The notes below the pieces were generated by a model. The model saw only the letters and a program-made list of their open reading frames with translations. It was not told where the DNA came from and did not search any database. This document shows, piece after piece, positions 61,877 through 64,000 of a DNA stretch of 64,000 nt. Both the position numbers and the translations under genes were made by a program. Positions within the stretch are counted from its first letter, which is position 1. Each line of letters starts with the position of its first letter. The DNA is from Scyliorhinus canicula (Eukaryota): NCBI RefSeq assembly GCF_902713615.1, contig NC_052157.1, positions 44,850,553-44,914,552 of the forward strand. Reading direction: 5' to 3'.

Positions 61877-62415
61877 CCGGTATCAGCAGGTACATCATCA
61901 ACGGGTCTGGGAGCTGTTTTATTTGAAATGGAGAGAGACAGCAAGTGTAAACCAGTCTAATTTACCTCCAGGTCACCAACGGAAACAGAACAACGACATA
62001 CCACAATTAGAAAAGAAGCATTAGCAACAATGTGGGCATGAGAACAGCAAACAATTCCATCCAAGGTGACAATGTCAGAAATCTGACTAACAGGGAATGG
62101 TGGAAAAGCCACAGCAACTGGAGGAAAAGATGAAAGTAAGATAACAAGAAAAAGGAAGGTAGAAATTTTACTATAGGATATTTTAAATTGGAAGATATGA
62201 ACTGCGTAGGAAGGTAAATTTGGAATCATTAGTGTCACAAAGGGAAAGTAAATATATAAGTTTATAAAGCAGTGATGTGGTTTCCCCTAGTGAGTGATGC
62301 GCAAATGACAGAACAGTATTACTCTCTCGGCCCTGGTTTAATTGTGTAACCGTGGGGTAAATTAACAAGGACATAACCCGAAAGGAAAGATTCTTTCAGA
62401 AGATACAAAAGCCGT

Positions 62416-62535
62416 GGGCGGGATTCTCCGTCCAATGGGGTTTCCCATTATGGGCAGCCCCACGTCGTCGGGAAATCCGCGATTTTGAGTGCGCTGCCGG
62501 CAAAATGGAGGATCCGCCGACAGAGAATCCAGCCC
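62416..62535. mobile_element. Short Harbinger-like MITE
   Basis: TIRs gggcgggattctc / gagaatccagccc; 3-bp flanks cgt / cat (TSD with one transition). Confidence 0.75.
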
Positions 62536-62592
62536 CATAGGTTTTTTTAAAAAAGGTTTTTATTCAAAGACCATATTGGTTTATATCTGCAT

Positions 62593-62892
62593 GGGCGGCA
62601 CAGTAGCAGAGTGGTTAGCACTGTTGCTTCACAGCTCCAGGGTCCCAGGTTCGATTCCGGCTTAGGTCACTGTGTGGAGTCTGCACGTTCTCCCCGTATC
62701 TGCGCGGGTTTCCTCCGGGTGCTCCAGTTTCCTTCCACAGCTTCAAAAGAAGTGCTGTTAGCTGAATTGAACATTCTGAATTCTCCCTCTGTGTACCTGA
62801 ACAGGCGCCAGAATGTGGCGACTAGGGGCTTTTCACAGTAACTTCATTGCAGTGTTCATGTAAGCCTACTTGTGACAATAAAAATTATTATT
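62593..62892 (+). mobile_element. V-SINE, tail type C
   Basis: Full head (gtggttagc, ggttcgattcc), V-core and tail ...gactaggggcttttcacagtaacttcattgcagtgttcatgtaagcctacttgtgacaata. Confidence 0.9.
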
Positions 62893-64000
62893 TTCTGTTG
62901 ATAATTTATCATCGCTTTGCAGTTTGAGTAAAAGTCCGAGTACGTTTCCCTCCATGTCCCGCCCCGTGATGCAGAAATTTGTCGGCCGTTCCTTCACTGT
63001 CACTGGGTCGAAAACCCTGAACTCTCACCCTAACTGCACAGTGGGTGCACCGACACCAAATGGCTCAAAAAGGCTTACCAATCAAGGACAAGGGAGGGAC
63101 AATAAATGCCAGCCTGTTTAATGAACAAAACAAAACAGTATGTAATGATTTCACACATCACTTACATTTTGAAAATATTAATGCCAATTATGAAGGAAAT
63201 TTTACTTTATCTGCAAGCACAATAACTTGGCTGCAAATTGGCTCACATCTTGTGTAAATAATTATCCAGTATGCTGCTGTTATTTGGGTGCTGTACAGTA
63301 GTGAATAAATTATTGTTGCATAGGCAGCTAACTTTAACACTTGAATACAGATAAGTAATATTTTGATTTGGCTTTTAAAAGATAACAGGGTATAATGGTG
63401 TCTTGACTCTTATTGTTCTAGTTCATTGGTTATATTACAGGGGTCATTTATCTTGGAAGTCAGAGTCAACATACTCAGCCGATCTCTGTGCTGTGGAGAG
63501 GCAGATCTTTCTACACAACTAGCCTTTGTAACTCTTAAATGTGTGGTAATGAACACAATGCTGTATTAACGCTATCAGGCAAACCTCATTAAATAGTATG
63601 GAAATTGTCATTCTGTGTAAGGACAAATAATCATAAAATTCAAAGCACCCTCCTGATTTCCAGACATAGTTCATGACCTTGCATGACTCGCTATTCCCAT
63701 ATATAATACATTTTAGACATTTATTTTAAATTGCCGGATTTATTGTACACTGACAAATCAGAACTCTGCACACGTCTGGCCGGTTATCTTGTTTTGCTAT
63801 CAGTGATGCGATATTGAAATCGGATTTAATTTACTTTCATTTCTGTCAACGCTAGAAGGTAATTGCAATGTTCCCCACCCAAACAAGATGTCATTTAATT
63901 TTATCTCACTAAAATAAATGAGACTCCTCCTTCGCTGCAGTTTTCAATAATGGGAGATATGGGCGGAAAGATCACCGTGGTGCAGCCACGGAATTACTTT

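Larger units (their letters stand above)
59190..62200 (+). mobile_element. Fragmented Ty3/Gypsy pol (RT + RNase H), split by three insertions
   Basis: 59190-59350: FFDKVKGEIEKM..RVISPVT..GMVMASKPNCSIRICMALTQLNK. 59600-60122: FTKLDVNSGVWQL...FNRLSFGI...HVDD...AGLTLNEKCEF. 61880-62045: SSTGLGAVLF...SRSPTETEQRHTTIRKEALATMWA (RNase H). Confidence 0.85.

Overview
Vertebrate genomic DNA, most likely from a shark or other cartilaginous fish (inferred from the HE1/V-SINE-type SINEs, HER1-like CR1 LINEs and Deu-domain SINEs). The only host coding sequence I recognise is the terminal coding exon of EFL1 (elongation factor-like GTPase 1; + strand, 46077-46265), followed by a 3' UTR with AATAAA at 46849. 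I saw no upstream EFL1 exon, so 1-46076 is probably part of a >46 kb last intron; the rest is downstream intergenic DNA. Much of the window is transposon-derived: about 17 V-SINE copies with several interchangeable 3' tails, a near-full-length CR1 with an esterase-type ORF1, L1-clade and RTE LINEs, PIF/Harbinger-like MITEs (GGG...CCC ends, 3-bp TSDs), a hAT/Charlie-like element, a deleted LTR element, a solo LTR and a fragmented Gypsy pol. The most unusual structure is an RTE LINE exactly bracketed by a ~420-bp direct repeat, an apparent giant target-site duplication with an unevenly conserved core. There are also two short templated duplications and several repeat-free, motif-dense blocks that may be conserved enhancers. 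I found no convincing novel host gene system. Most ORFs in the supplied track are repeat-derived or spurious. Repeat boundaries without stated TSDs are approximate.
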